Shown: positions 22,635 to 36,759, counted from the first letter of the stretch. The stretch: 64,000 nucleotides of DNA from Zancudomyces culisetae HAW-14-8 (GCA_052426225.1 JBNJNM010000014.1:124001-188000), one strand, 5' to 3'. Program-made: numbers and translations. The notes: generated by a model not told the origin, from the sequence alone.

Positions 22635-22698
22635 GAGCTGATAATCTCACCAAAATCTGTTGCAAAACTTCAACTGTAACGTTTGCATTTTGACTCAT
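21898..22698 (-). CDS. DIRS-A gag (ORF1)
   Basis: First ATG ORF after the 5' ITR; homologous to the decayed gag at 42.9-44.2 kb (LYDIQYRLSAGTRPLDY). Confidence 0.85.
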   Translation of the reverse strand: MSQNANVTVEVLQQILVRLSALEKQTASNDHMSVSEISDSANITAPSIVDAVDDDSVENFVVPSPTPSDLVMYPKLQKALPTVEQDFFWTPLADVERKKFYAAIPRNSGMDYEPPEENIKLSGDNKRTDAMLYDIQYRLSAGTRPLDYFMHEAIRDGGAVSAEKLAVFINSIRVLLADVASNITQQRIKLSYKASGVPSDPPEMASSSKKPLVDIQQMLEVKAAANTLQRATKNVQQRRPRFNATRTFPSIPFQPSVNQNVQAEPQ

Positions 22699-22775
22699 TA
22701 TTGAAAATTTAACTAATGACTTTTATAAATACTATGTATTTTTTATAAACTGGTTGAGTACCTAGCGAAAGAAAA

Positions 22776-23098
22776 GATGGTAAAGATTCATCAGGAAACA
22801 GGGGACATCAGTTTATATGGTTAAAATTTATTTTATTTAGTTAGTTTTACTTATTTTATAAAAATTATACAGTGATGTCTGTCATTACACACATCATTAC
22901 GTATAAAGTTTCTAAATTTAAACACTCTTTTTATCGAATTAATTTTTTACCAAATTTTAAGGTAATGGATTAATCGATAAAAATAGTATCTAGGAAAGAA
23001 TTTTCGATTTATAATTAAGATTGGTATCACCATAATTGTATCTGGATGTTAGAATAATAACAATAAGTTTTACATTTCATTCAACTAAACATATTATT
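22776..23098. repeat. DIRS-A left (5') inverted terminal repeat
   Basis: Reverse complement of 18116-18438. Confidence 0.9.
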
Positions 23099-23120
23099 CT
23101 ATAATTATTTTGATGATATA

Positions 23121-23726
23121 TGTTATGAATGGTCAATTCCCGGAACATAATTTTTAGTTACAATTTGGCCTACTAATAATCAAAACTATTTTATATTTTC
23201 ATCTCCTGTTTTCTAATATACCATTCCGACATTGGAATCATTATAGCAAATTTCACCATGAATTCCCTGATTTTATTATTGGGTACTTTACAATGAAAAT
23301 TCAATAAATTTTTCAATAATTAATTATAACAAAATTTTGTGATATAATTGGATAAACCAAATCCATGATATAATTGATTATAAAAACCATGATAAAATAG
23401 ATAAACAAAACCATGATAAAATTGATAAACAAAATCAATGTTATAATTGATAAACCTAAATTTATGTTAAAATCTTAAAATGAAAATTATAAGTTTAACT
23501 AACATTAGATACCTTAAACTAGTTCAATTTTACATATTTTAATTTTATAGCTAAAACTAATTGTCTTTAAGTTTTTCATCTTAGTAAAATACTCGAATTA
23601 AAATTATATAATCCCAACGAAATTCCGTTGGGATACAGATGAGAAATATATATAATTAATAACTCATCAAATATTATATTTTTTTAAATACTTACTTCTC
23701 CTAATAAAATAATGATCAAGCATAAC
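23121..23726 (+). mobile_element. Probable solo LTR related to the LTR at 50971-51431
   Basis: Starts TGTTATGAAT. Contains TATATAATCCCAACGAAATTCCGTTGGGA, compared with TATATAAACCCAACGAAATTCGTTGTGGA in the related LTR. Similar end; no TSD seen. Confidence 0.55.
23338..23470. repeat. Degenerate ~24-bp tandem repeat (about 5 copies, CATGATAAAATTGATAAACAAAAC)
   Basis: Read directly. Confidence 0.75.
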
Positions 23727-25489
23727 TAATCCACAGTCCAAAGTTTTAAGCTCTCATTGTTTATAACAATATATATTAGCATAATTTATAATTTTTGTTT
23801 AATGATAATGTTTCAATCTTATTATAATATGTTTTAAACAAATAATGATACACATGCACATTAATAAAAATTAGTCATGTTTTTGTGATAAATCTATGTG
23901 AATATAATGGATTTAATTATTCATAATATTAATTTATTATTCTATTAACATTATTCAAACTAAATTGTAAATAATGTGCTACTTTTAATATCAATACTAA
24001 TAAATTTTTATATCACGTTAACTTTATCATAATTATTAAATCGTAGTTATCATTACATATTTCATAAACTATTATGTAATAAATACTATATTATTATCTG
24101 TGATGTAATGAATTTCCGTAATTAATTAATTATAATTGATTTTCATTTATAATGCATTTATGATTATATCATATCATAGCTAACATAATACGGCCACATA
24201 TAATCTATCTGTATAAATATAACATATATGTCATAAATAAACATATAAAAAATTAAGCTGTATGTAATCGATGAGCACAGTTATAAAATCTATAACTGAT
24301 TTACATGTTATATTATTAGGAGATACACTATTGCATTCAAATTTATATGTCAAATATTGTAATATTTCATATCCAATATATACAATGGAAATTAAATTTA
24401 AAATATTTTCAATAATATTAGTAGAATGTAAGCATATTATGGCTCATTTTAGGTATATTTGAATGAAATAGTATTAATAAATTGATTACTAGGTGGATAA
24501 TATAAATTGTTAAAGCATTGGATGATATCATATTTAAGTTTTTAAATAGATATATATCGATAAATATTCGATAGACGAAATAATGAGTAATATCATCTAA
24601 TATAATTATAAATAATATGATATAATTATTTTATTTCGTCAAATATTTTCGTTCTATAGTGTCATATAAATTTTTAATATTATTGAAACATATTCATTGT
24701 TATAATGTTATTTGTATATTTTATTTTAATAAATAATATCTAAATTTACACTACAAAATTTAAATTGAGAAATGATATTAAAAGTAAATATTAATTTATT
24801 GTTTAATTAATAATGATCAATTTCAACATCAACAATTTAAAAATGACAAATATATTTATAAATTTACAACATATATTGTGAATTTATCAATTATAATTTA
24901 TGATTGATTATTGAACATACATACGAATAAATGGTTTCTATTCTAATGCGTAAATCAAAAATTTCCATGATTTTTATTTAATTTGAGACTATATACATAT
25001 GAAATATGTATAATATATATATATCATCTTATATACACTATTGGACTATATATACTTACAAATATAGTAATTTTTATCAATTATATATATGACACTGATG
25101 TGTGTACTGGGCATAATTCCAATTTAATCCATTTACTTGAGATTACACAAATATTTCAAAGAAATTATACAATTAACTAATATATCAATATTTTTTATTA
25201 AATATTAAACATCATAAATATGAATATTAATTCTGTTCAAATAATGAAGGAAATAGTCAGCTCAAAAATCCAAATGAAATATGACAAAATGAAATTTAGA
25301 CATAATTAGAATATTATTATTTGTATATTTAGTTATATTATATAGTTTTATATCGACTATGTAAAATGTGTCAAACTATGAGGACAAACACAAAGTATTT
25401 TATGAAGAGATAGCGGATATATTAAATACTAATAGGATAAGATTAGTAATAGTTTTAAAATTAGAAATTAACATACTTAAAAGTCAAAG

Positions 25490-25910
25490 AGATCTTATTA
25501 GATGAATCTTTAGCTCTTTTAGTAGTTTAAAACATATTCATAACAGTAAGAAATAAAGACATTGAACAAGAAGGATTCTGTTTAATACAAGTTTATTGAA
25601 AAGTAATTAATCATATAATAGTGCTACGGCTAAAAGTTTAAAATAGTAAAAGATAAAAGTTTAAAATTACTAAAATCTCATGTCAGGTCTTATGGGTCAT
25701 CTGCGCGCTGCCATCATCCAGAGATTCAAGGATGAGGGGCGGTACTCCTCGGATAGTGATCGTTCCGAAGCTACTTCTATGGAAATAGAACCGGAAGCGT
25801 CACGTGATCCATTCTCTTTTCTTGAAGGAGTGGTTCAAAGAGAGATGGATTCATGAGAAACCCGACTAAGGAGCGTGGCCAGTCCAGCCAAGTCTGGCAA
25901 CACGTACAAA
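25490..25910 (+). mobile_element. 5' fragment of the repeat family seen at 17020-17395 (possibly another DIRS gag start)
   Basis: ORF MSGLMGHLRAAIIQRFKDEGRYSSDS... is preceded by GATGAATCTTTA, a motif also found at the inner end of the DIRS-A ITR. Confidence 0.6.
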
Positions 25911-28900
25911 TTAAGTAATTTATCACGAACAATATAATATCCATTCCTTTAGGTATAATTGTGCAAACTTAAATATATTGGTTAAAAATTATATGTAATA
26001 TTATATCATATAATTAGCGTAGCTAATATATAGGTTGATCATAATTCTACTAACATCCAATAATTATACGAATATAACATTAGAATCAAATATATTCAAT
26101 TATGTTATAAATTTATATATTGTTAAATATATTTGGGTTAATATGATTATTCGCAATATATCTCGCGTTAATCATATATAATTTATACAAATAATAATAA
26201 TAAATCATATACTTCAATGTACATCCATTATCATTATAGAATCAAATATGTAATCTATACTACTTTTAAATTTAATTATAAAATTTTATTAATAAAAATA
26301 TTATAATATCTGCAATTTAAAAAAAATTCTATTGTCATTAATCTACAAAAAATTTAAATAATATTATATTTACCATTCTAAAATTATTATAATAGATATT
26401 GTTGGCTGTATACAATATTTGATTGTATGAGCTGTATATGATTATAAAGTATAAATATAATTTTATTATTATCTCATCAATTAAATATAATATTCTATGT
26501 ATATTGATGATAATTATTATGAAAAATTCAATATGAAATTTATGTTTATGAATATATATTATGAAATATGGTTATTCATAATCGTTGAATGTTGGTTCTA
26601 TATTACGTAAATATTAAATATTAAATTTCTGAATTTATAATATATATAATGTGTTAATTTTTATATATAAATTCATTATATTTTGTTATTAAATATATTA
26701 AAATTTAACATTATTGTAAAAATAATTATATTAATCTATAATTTAGACAATGAATAATATGTTTAGCATATTATATAATAGTTATAAAATACATATTGCA
26801 AATAAGTTTAGACATAATATTCTACAGCTATTAAAATAATTTTGATTTTAGCATCAATATTTATATTTTTAAATTGATAACTACATACAATTATAAATTA
26901 TTTTATCAAAATATACGTATAAAGGTTTATTAATAAATTGTAATATATACTTTCGACATATAATGGCAATACACATATAGTATACATAGTAACTATTTTG
27001 TACTTAAGTAATGTAATATATACGTTTAAGAATAATTGGCTAGTATAAATAAATAACTTTTGTTTTATCATATAAAATTTTAATATACCATATATATTTT
27101 TTAATCATATATTATAATTAATATTTAAAGTCATATTTTTTTATAAATAGATTACATTATATAAGTAATATGTATTATAAAATAAATAGCAATGTATTAT
27201 AATAATATAATACCACCTCAATGTGTAGCCATTTGTTTCAATCGGCACATCTTTATTTTAATGTTATACTATAAATATAATTACAACATATGTAGCATAT
27301 ATAAATAATATAATGTATAATGTAAAAAGCATATCCATAAAGTTAACATAGTGTGTAATGCATTTGTTTATTTTATACTATTATACTATTGCATTATATA
27401 CAATCTTATAATGTACATGATATAAATATTCATTAAAAATATTAAATTGTAAGTAGTTATCGATAATATTTAAACGTCGATCTATATGTAACGATCGTGA
27501 TATATATTTAATTAAATATTTATAAATGTATTTAATATATTTTTAAATTTCTTAATATAAATATTACTAAATTCTTAATTTAAATATTATTATGACATAA
27601 TTTATTAATGTTACGTTCAATATCATATCCTAATGTTATTTATAATATTAAAATAATTTTTTTATTCTAATAACATATCTCATCATCATTATTTGCATAC
27701 GGTATTATAATTAGTTTTACAAATATGTTTAATATAATAATAAAATATACTATATTTTAATTATCAATAATAATTATATTGATATTTATACAAAAGATAG
27801 TTTAATATAATATTTATACATGACAATACATAATATTAATGAATTTAATGATATAATTTATTATGTATTAATATATTTATCTTAATATGATGAAAGAATT
27901 ACATTAATAAATTGATAAAATATGTGATATATATGTGTACATCATAAATAAATAATAAAACAGATTTAAATTTATAATTGGCATACCATATGTCATTTCA
28001 ATATATTGATAATAATGTATCAATGTGGATTAATGATTATTAAATAGTGAATAATACATATGGGATTTAATGATATATAATAATAACTATTAGTTTGTTA
28101 TATATATTGATTCATATTATATATATTACTTTAATAATGATTATCATATAAAATAAGTTTTGATGATAAATCATATCATCAATTTTTATCTTTATTTATT
28201 TCCTTATGTCAATATATCAAATATATATTAAATGTAATTTTAAAATTTTTATATATTATGATCGTTAAAAAATACACATTTTTTAATTATATTAAATCAC
28301 ACAATCATAAACATAAATGTTGTTAAATTTGTATATTTAAAATGTTCCAAAATATTAAATTTTAAAATTAATATACAATATTGTATATATAAATTATTCC
28401 ATTAATGATAATATATATTATATATTATTTGTTGATAATTTATATTAATAGATATCAGTATTGATCATAAAAATATGTATATTATTAACAAAATCTAATT
28501 TAATAAATATTATTTTAAAATATTTTAATGAATATGTGTTTAAAAATATTCAATGATAATATTACAAATTATGATAAAAACAAATATTATCATTTTAATT
28601 CATATATATATTGATATATATTTATTTTAATTGAGTATATACATTAATATATCATTACTTAAATAATTTAAAATGTTTTAGAGATAATATTATAATTATA
28701 TCTATTCTATAAAACATATTGAATTATACTTCAATATTATATAAATGTATACTTCAATTATATAATTATTACTTTTTGTGTATATAAATACACGATATAG
28801 TATTTCAGTTTAGATATTATAATACATTATTATATAAATCATATACATATAATATTTTATATAAGTTCTGATGATATTATATGTATTATATATATGTAAA

Positions 28901-31900
28901 CGATAAGAATGTTTATAAATATATAACATATATTTGATTTTAACGATAACAAGATCTAAGACAATATTAAAAAATATGATCATATATAATATAATTAGCC
29001 ATCTGATTTAAACTTTAAAAATTTTATTATATTGACATGTATATTTATACAATATACAGTTTTTAATATAAATATATAATTTTAAATTGTTTATGATATA
29101 TATTAGCAATAATTAAAAATATATATAATTTACAGATTTGATATATAAATATATATTTGAAATTTTTTTTTGATACATATACAAAAGTCCATAAAATATA
29201 TTACAATATATCATAACGAAAATTTGGACGTGATTGTAATGTTAACTTAATCGTTATATGATTATATCCATAATTAAACAAACATATTTAAATTTAAACA
29301 AATTTTTTTTTAAAAATGCTTGTATATGTTATTTTAACTATATAAATGTATTTGATATATATATAAATACTATTTCAATATATGTAATCTGTCAACTTTA
29401 TTACATTTTAATTTATAATAATAATAATAAATTATTTAGATATGTAAATATAGAATATATTATATATTATTGTAAATTATATTATAACTATGCATATTTA
29501 TGATATGTGACAGTTTTACTTTAAAAAAAAAATATATAATATTATAAATTATACAAATATATATTAAATTCATGACAAATTATATAATAATGTAAGTATA
29601 TTTATATAACGTACATACAATAACATATGCATTACTTGATAATAATCAAAAATGAATGAATATCCAATATAATATATATCCAAAACTATTATAGTATCGA
29701 TTTAATACAAATAATTAACGCATTAATATTTATCATTATATACTATACGATATGGATGAAATGGTTTAATATAAAAATTACTCTTTAAAATTTATATTAC
29801 ATCTAAAATTTCTCATTATAACATCAAAAATTTATTAAATATATGATTAAATTAATAAATACTATATAAATATATATGCAATTATAATATAGTATTATTC
29901 TATAATATTTGATATTTATATATATATTTGTTTTTTATAATGATAATACAAAGGTGTTATTTGTGTTTTGTAAAAATTTATAATAATGTAATTCAATGTT
30001 AAAATTATATTAATATATTGATGATATTTAATATTTTAATATTATATATTAATATAATGACTAATAATATATTATATTATAATCGGTTACTATTGTAATC
30101 GTTATGTAAAATGGTTATATTATTTTTATAATAACTTGCTACATCTTTTATATAAATGATGTTTTTTATAATTATTAAATATAAAGTTTACATCAAGCAA
30201 TGTATCATATAATATAATCATAATATATATGTTTCACAACAATGATTAAACAATACGCAATATACGATAATTTTAATACAATAATATATATATTATCCAT
30301 TTTGTTATATATTTATTATTGTTTGATAAATATAATAATTAATGAAATAATATAATTTAGCATGTTGTCGTTTAAATATATCAGCATTATTAGTATCAAA
30401 AATATAACAAATATGAACCATTTAACAATAATTAATAAAACATATATAAATTCTAATATTAGATTACCTTAGTTTATTTTAATTAACGTATATTTATTTT
30501 GTTATTATAGTAAATTTTATTATTATCGAAATATATTTTATTAGTATATATATTAATAAAATATTATAGTTTATTAATTATATTACAATTAATTATATAT
30601 ATTTATCTATTGTAAATTCGAATTTATATGATGTTAAATTTCGATATATTATTGTACACTAATATATGAAATTATATAATGATTTAAGATTAAATGTTTA
30701 ATAACTTTAATTTTGATATATGTAACGTATAATTTCAATTTTATAATATCTAATATTGCTTATATTATATTGTTAAATTTGTATAAATTATTATAAAATA
30801 CTAGCCAATAATACAATAATTGTAAAGAATATCTATCCAAATCTTTTAAATATAGCTTGATATATACAAATACTTATTTTTTTACATTATACATTTATAT
30901 GATTATTGTATATTATTATTATATTACAATATCGATGTTAAATATATATTAATTTAATAATATAATTATACTAATAAACGTTACAATATAGTATCATATT
31001 GCATTAAGCACTACAAATAGAATATCATATAAATAATATTATGAATATTAAATTAAAAATTATTTATATATAAACATATATATAATTTTATTACTTTAGC
31101 ATCCATAATAATATGTTTATATGAAACATTGTAAACTAATAATAATAGCATATACTTCTTATATATGACTACGATATAGAAATAACATGTTTATCATGTA
31201 TCTAGTGTACATCCGTTTTATAAAATACATACACCAATATGTATAGTTTTCAATTAATGTTATACTATTATATATAAATTTAATTTAAAATTTGCAATTA
31301 GTATATCATTGCACTTTATAATATTTATATTATAAATTTACGTAAATTATATGTAAAAATAATGGATGTATACTTAAAAAATATTCGTAACTTATATTAT
31401 AATTTATTTAATGATCTTCACTGAATTCTTATTACTAATTATATAAATTTACTGTTATAATTAATATATCAATCAATCAAAATATATGATTTCATCGATA
31501 AGTCCTATTCTTGCCAGTCCTAGTATTATTCATAACTCATGATGGATATTTATTAATTAATATTAATAGCTCAATGTAGATTACACATTATCTTATATTA
31601 ATAATAAAAGTTGACGGAAATATATCATAATAATAAGTGAAATATGAATAATTAATAGATGTATATATTGTTTTTAATTATAGTGCAATATTTCATTTGT
31701 TACTCACATCAATTTATAGAATTATTGAAAATATATTTAGGAATTGTAATCATATTTGTGAACGTAATTAATCATGGTATATGAAAATTTACGCATTTGT
31801 TGATATTAGTTGCGTGTTCATGTTCAATATATTTGTTTTCAAAATAATATTAAGTACTTCAATTTATACTATATTAATATATATCTAATTATATCATAAT

Positions 31901-31954
31901 CGTTCCAACACCTCACCTGACCAGTCTGCCGTCATCTGCTTAGCCTATTAAATT

Positions 31955-32760
31955 GGTATGACGGAGATCGCAGCAACTTCCGTGGTTTTGTAAACCAATG
32001 CCGTCTACTGTTCTTCACCCATCCAGACCACTACCCGTCCGCCACCAACAAGGTTGGTCTTGTTATGTCCCTCCTCACAGGGAATGCGCTCCGTTGGGCT
32101 AGCCCTTACATTGAAAAGGGTAGCCCTGTGCTCCAGGACTACGAACTCTTTATGAAAGAGTTCGCCAAGGTGTTTGATGACCCTCAACGGTCTCAAACAG
32201 CCAATGATGCTATCAGGGCATTGAAACAGGGCACCTCACCTGTCTCAATGTATGCATCAGAGTTCCGTCGTTTAATGATGTATCTCGACTGGAACGAGTC
32301 AGCACTCGTATCCCAGTTTGCTGAGGGTCTGAGCGAAGCCGTGCTCGACACCCTTGCGCTATTCCAAACTCCTGATGATTTGGAAGGTTACATCAATGCT
32401 GCAATCCTCATTGATGCCAGGTTAACCAGGCGCAAGGAGGACAAGGCCAGGAGAAAGAGAGGCATTCAGCCTTATGTACAAGCCACCGGTTCTCAGATAG
32501 ATCCTATGCAGGTGGATTCCGTTCAGCGTGTCGTGTCGCCAACCGAGAGAGAACGTCGCATGAGACTTGGTCTCTGCTATTACTGCGGCGGAGAAGGCCA
32601 CCAAGTTACTACCTGTCCCGAAAAGCTTAAGAAAACTAAGCAGGGAAACCACCGGGTTCAGGCTTAATTGGGAAGCCAATCCTGAACCAATCCATCCCAA
32701 CCAAAGACTTCCCCCGTTCCATATCCTTTAGTTCATCAAATCAGCAGTATCCGAGACCTT
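31955..32760 (+). mobile_element. Ty3 gag fragment nearly identical to the element E gag (55563-56380)
   Basis: Near-identical protein (ALRWASPYIEKGSP...CYYCGGEGHQVTTC); GGGAAAC slippery site retained. Confidence 0.92.
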
Positions 32761-33429
32761 TAGTTTATCCATCGTTTATTTGCCATTAATATTTATTATT
32801 AAGCATTCCCATCTCTATAAACAGATTTATAAATACAATATTATTATAATATAACCAATAATATAAAACGTAATATATTATAATTAATCGATAGAGTTTC
32901 ATTAATTGATTTATACAATTTTTAAAAGATATAAATATATGTATTCATAATTTATATATTCTTTTAATTATAATTGATTATGTATACAATTATGATATTT
33001 TAATTGTATTAAAATAATTACTGAATAATTATAATCTACATCAGTATGCTATTAAATTACAATGTATGGTTAATATTGATATTCATATCAAAATTTATTA
33101 TAATATTGGAATTTATATTATATTATAAAATTTTTACTCTAGTCAAGTCCAAACAATGCTTATATTTGTTATACCTAATATTTTTATAATTATACAATAA
33201 TTATATTTGAAAAAGAAACTAGGCCGCCATGTGTTGATAATATGATTGTAAGCCATAATATAATTATTACCATTGATTTAAAACAACCCACGTACCTGTA
33301 TCTTGTATCATGCAGCACAATATCAATTATTACACTTAGAAAGTATACTTTAAATTGTATACTAAAATATTATTTTAACCAATACTCTTTATGTTCAATG
33401 ACTATCTATAAATTTATTACTGAATTTAA

Positions 33430-33756
33430 TGTGTATCATGCGATGCATAATAAAATACAATAGTTGTATTTAATTACCAAATTCTCGCAATTTAAATATT
33501 ATCATATTGAGAATAATATTATGTTGATATCGCTGTAGCATAGGTATTATAAAAAGCGTGTTATAATACGACAATATGATGCCCATTTTCACGTTTTTCT
33601 TAACAAATCAATTGATATTGATCAATCTAGTATGCAAAAAATCTAAAATAGACTATATAATAAATTTAAAGTATTATGTAGTTTTGGAAAAACATACAAA
33701 GCCATTGTTTATAATGTAAGTGAAACTTCAGCAAGTAATTATCATCAATAGATAGA
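33430..33756 (+). mobile_element. Heavily degraded copy of the LTR family at 18818-19226
   Basis: Collinear words: gttgtatttaattac, taggta, cgtgtta, cacgtttt, aatcaattgat, gtagttttggaaaa, gccat, aacttcagcaa. Confidence 0.6.
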
Positions 33757-33979
33757 AAGGACTCAAAAGTTGTTTAAATGTTTTTGATGTTCATTCTAAA
33801 ATTAGTATATCTCACGAATATTATATCGTATCCCTATAAATTTACAATTATTATACATCCATATATCATGTATTACCTATCAATTATTAGATTGCTTAAA
33901 CCAGTCAATCAACTTTATTAAAACTTTTTATAATAATATTTTATTTGAACAATTTTTTTGCTAATAATAAAAAATATGT

Positions 33980-35153
33980 TTACATAATTAAACTAGTATT
34001 AGTATATCCACCCCTGGCTTTCAATACAGCATTAAATCTTGTTGGCATGCTACTGATTAAAGACGTACACTCGTCACGAGTTATCTTATTCCACTCGTCT
34101 TGTACGCGGTCCCAAAGTTCGTTCATCTCTTTTGCTGCATTTTCGTGATTTGACAGCCGTCTTTTCAAATTGACCCATAGATGTTCAATTGTATTTAGGT
34201 CAGGTGACTGCGCTGGCCAGTCAAGCGCCTGAATTGCGTTAGTTTGCAACCAGTCTTTTGTGATTTTCGCGTTGTGTTTTGGATCGATATCATGCTGAAA
34301 TATTGTACTTTCCCTGTCTAAGTCGTACCACTCCATTGATTTTACCAGTTCGTCTTCAAGAATATCACAGTACAATGCTGCATTAAGTCAGCAATCAATT
34401 ATAGTAAGATATCCTGGGCCTTCTGAAGTCATGCATCCCCATAACATGATTGAACCTCCACCATGTTTTATAGTTTTTTTAACATGGTTCGGTTTTAACT
34501 GGCTCCCTTGTTATTTCCAGCACCACAAGCGCCCATCTGATCCATATCTGTTAATTTTCGTCTTATCAGATCATATCACACGTTACCAGTCTTCTACAGT
34601 CCAATTGCTGATTATTTTTAGCAAATGCAAGTCGTTGTTAAATATGGCCTAATTTTAGCATAGGTTTTTTGACCTTAGGTTTTGCACTTAAACCACTTTT
34701 TTTCAAGCTATTCCGCACTGTTTGAGGAACAACAGATACGAGGCCATTATCCTTTGAAATTTTGTAGAGTCTGTCGCTGTATCAAATTGTCCAGACGTAA
34801 TTTTCCGAATTATTAATCGCTCATTAGCTTTTGTCAATTTATTTGGGCTGCCAGGTGATAAATTTTATATTGATGAACAATACTTTTATTTTATGTTAGA
34901 TATTGTCCCTTTACTAAAAGATAGTTTAGATGCAATTAGGCTATATGAGTGTCATGGCCAATCAGGCGACATCTAACCTCCCATAACATTTATTCTAATA
35001 TTTACTTAGTATTTAATTAATAACATTTGCCTAGCTGTAATTCCTTAAGAATTACAACCCTGTTTAACTAATAAAACTCGTTCTGTGACATATGAGTATC
35101 CATAATCCAGCAGATTTATATACTCCAAACTTTTTCATATTGAGTTTTTTCAT
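33980..35153 (-). pseudogene. Tc1-family DDE transposase pseudogene
   Basis: HTH (YSYSLIASKLSFSKGTIS), SDKTKIN, KHGGGSIMLWGCM, FQHD-x34-E (WPAQSPDLNTIEHLW). Contains stops, frameshifts and an insertion. Confidence 0.9.
34950..35090 (+). mobile_element. 141-bp mini solo LTR (family F)
   Basis: TGTCA...TGACA flanked by duplicated TATGAG; homologous to 43374-43512. Confidence 0.85.
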
Positions 35154-35499
35154 CGTATTTAAATTGATAAAAAATATATATTTTTATATTCAAATGTATT
35201 GTGTAGATAAATTTTTAATCTTTTTTTTGATATTAACATTATGAAAAAGAACATACCAAATTTGATAATATATATTAAAAACCTAAAAATTGTTATATAA
35301 ATACATTTTTACAAAAAGTATAACTACTGTTGATTGACTGGTACTAGTATTCTGAAAAGTTGAAAGCTAATACAGGGTATTTGGTATGATAATATGAGTA
35401 GTATACATATAGACACGATATAGTATTTGTGAGATATAATAATTTTTTAAATAAACATCAAAATCATTCGAACAATTATTTGAGTCAGTGTTACTCGTT

Positions 35500-36759
35500 G
35501 TCACAAGACATACTGAAATCATTAGAATAGATTTTAGCATTGTATAAAAAGAATGTCTTTAGAACAGTTATTGTCACTTGTGGGTGCTCCAATACTTTTT
35601 GTTAAAAAGAAGGGTGGTTCACATCGCTTATGAGTGGATTATAGAGGTTCAACAAGATTACAATTCGAAATCGATACCCACTACCAATTTGAATGAACTT
35701 ATAGTGAGTGTACAAACAGCCAATTACTTTACAAAATTTGACTTACGAGGAGCTTCTAACTTAGTGAATATACGAGTGGGCGAAAAATGGTTTACTTCGT
35801 TCAGAACGAGATTTGTACATTTATAACAAGTTATGCCTTTTGAACTCGTCAATGCTCCAGATACTTTTCAAAAATTTATAAAAGACATTTCTAATGTCTT
35901 ATTAGCATTATTAGTCTTAAAAACAAGACAACAGAAAATTATCCATTCTCATGTATCATAAAGCTGAAATACAACACAATAATTAATTACAGATTATAAA
36001 ATTATTTAAATTAAATTTATGAATTTGATATATGAGAAGAAGACTATTAAGGCGAAAAATTACTTCAAAGTTAAAGTAAAAAAATTTATTAAAGGATTTT
36101 ATGAAAATATCATTTCCATCATTTATTCGAACTTATTTGTGTGTCAGGAAACTTATTATTAAGATAAATAACTTAATGTTCCCTAGTTAGGATTTAAAGG
36201 TAATTATATATGATTAAAATTAAAAATATAACTTGTGGGTAAAAAATGCGTTTCTGACAATGTATCGCAAAGTTTTAAATCATCTAAAAGATATTTGATA
36301 GTTGTGTTACCAAAAAGATCAAGATTATGTAGACTAGCAGTTAATATGGTCTAACACTCAGCAAAATGCTTAAGACAAACAAAATGTACTATTCACAACT
36401 GCTACTATACTCTAACACCTGAATATTGTGATATTTATTATCCTAGAATGCGATAATGTCGACATCGGAATTGTTTTATCTCAATAATAAATAGATCAAT
36501 TTCATCAATAGTTTATTCCAAAAAAACACTGTATACAATATAATTTAAGCTGAGTGATTAAATATATTGATTATATATACTGATCCTCATTTTCAGAATA
36601 GGAGATAAATTATTGGTATTGAAAAATATCAAATAATCTTTTCATTTTTATAGTTTTAATCTATAAACTTTAAAAAAATTATAATAGCCAAGTAAAATTA
36701 TATCAAGTTATGGAATAAATGTATAATAAATACTTCAATTCTAAATATGTAGATTTGTG
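35500..36759 (+). pseudogene. Old degenerate Ty3 pol (RT, RNase H traces); continues after element B at 42471-~42700 (integrase traces)
   Basis: GAPILFVKKKGG, FTKFDLRGASNLV, FRTRF, VMPFELVNAPDTFQ; DRLTK-like trace near 42665. Confidence 0.7.

Larger units (their letters stand above)
18116..23098 (-). mobile_element. DIRS-type tyrosine-recombinase retrotransposon (DIRS-A), near complete
   Basis: Inverted terminal repeats, internal complementary region, and overlapping gag, RT/RNaseH/MT and YR ORFs. Confidence 0.95.
23730..33756. other. Extremely AT-rich, ORF-free block containing eroded transposon sequence and two well-preserved islands
   Basis: Roughly 85-90% A+T by eye, rich in TA, no credible ORFs. 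Islands at 25490-25910 and 31955-32760. Confidence 0.8.
33757..35491 (-). mobile_element. Tc1 (DD34E) DNA transposon, decayed, with ~200-bp diverged TIRs
   Basis: Inverted homology between ~33760-33960 and ~35285-35490 (gttgattgactgg, gtgagatata, aacatcaaaa, ttgagtc), with a transposase inside. Confidence 0.8.

Noticed and set aside
23338-23470. CRISPR-like periodic repeat
   Set aside because: Head-to-tail degenerate tandem units without unique spacers, inside an LTR; no cas genes and a eukaryotic context
23730-33756. Classical RIP as the cause of the AT-rich block; short ORFs within it (24271, 24983, 29258, 33242)
   Set aside because: Alignable ghosts show indels and transversions, not only C>T; the ORFs are I/Y/N-rich compositional noise
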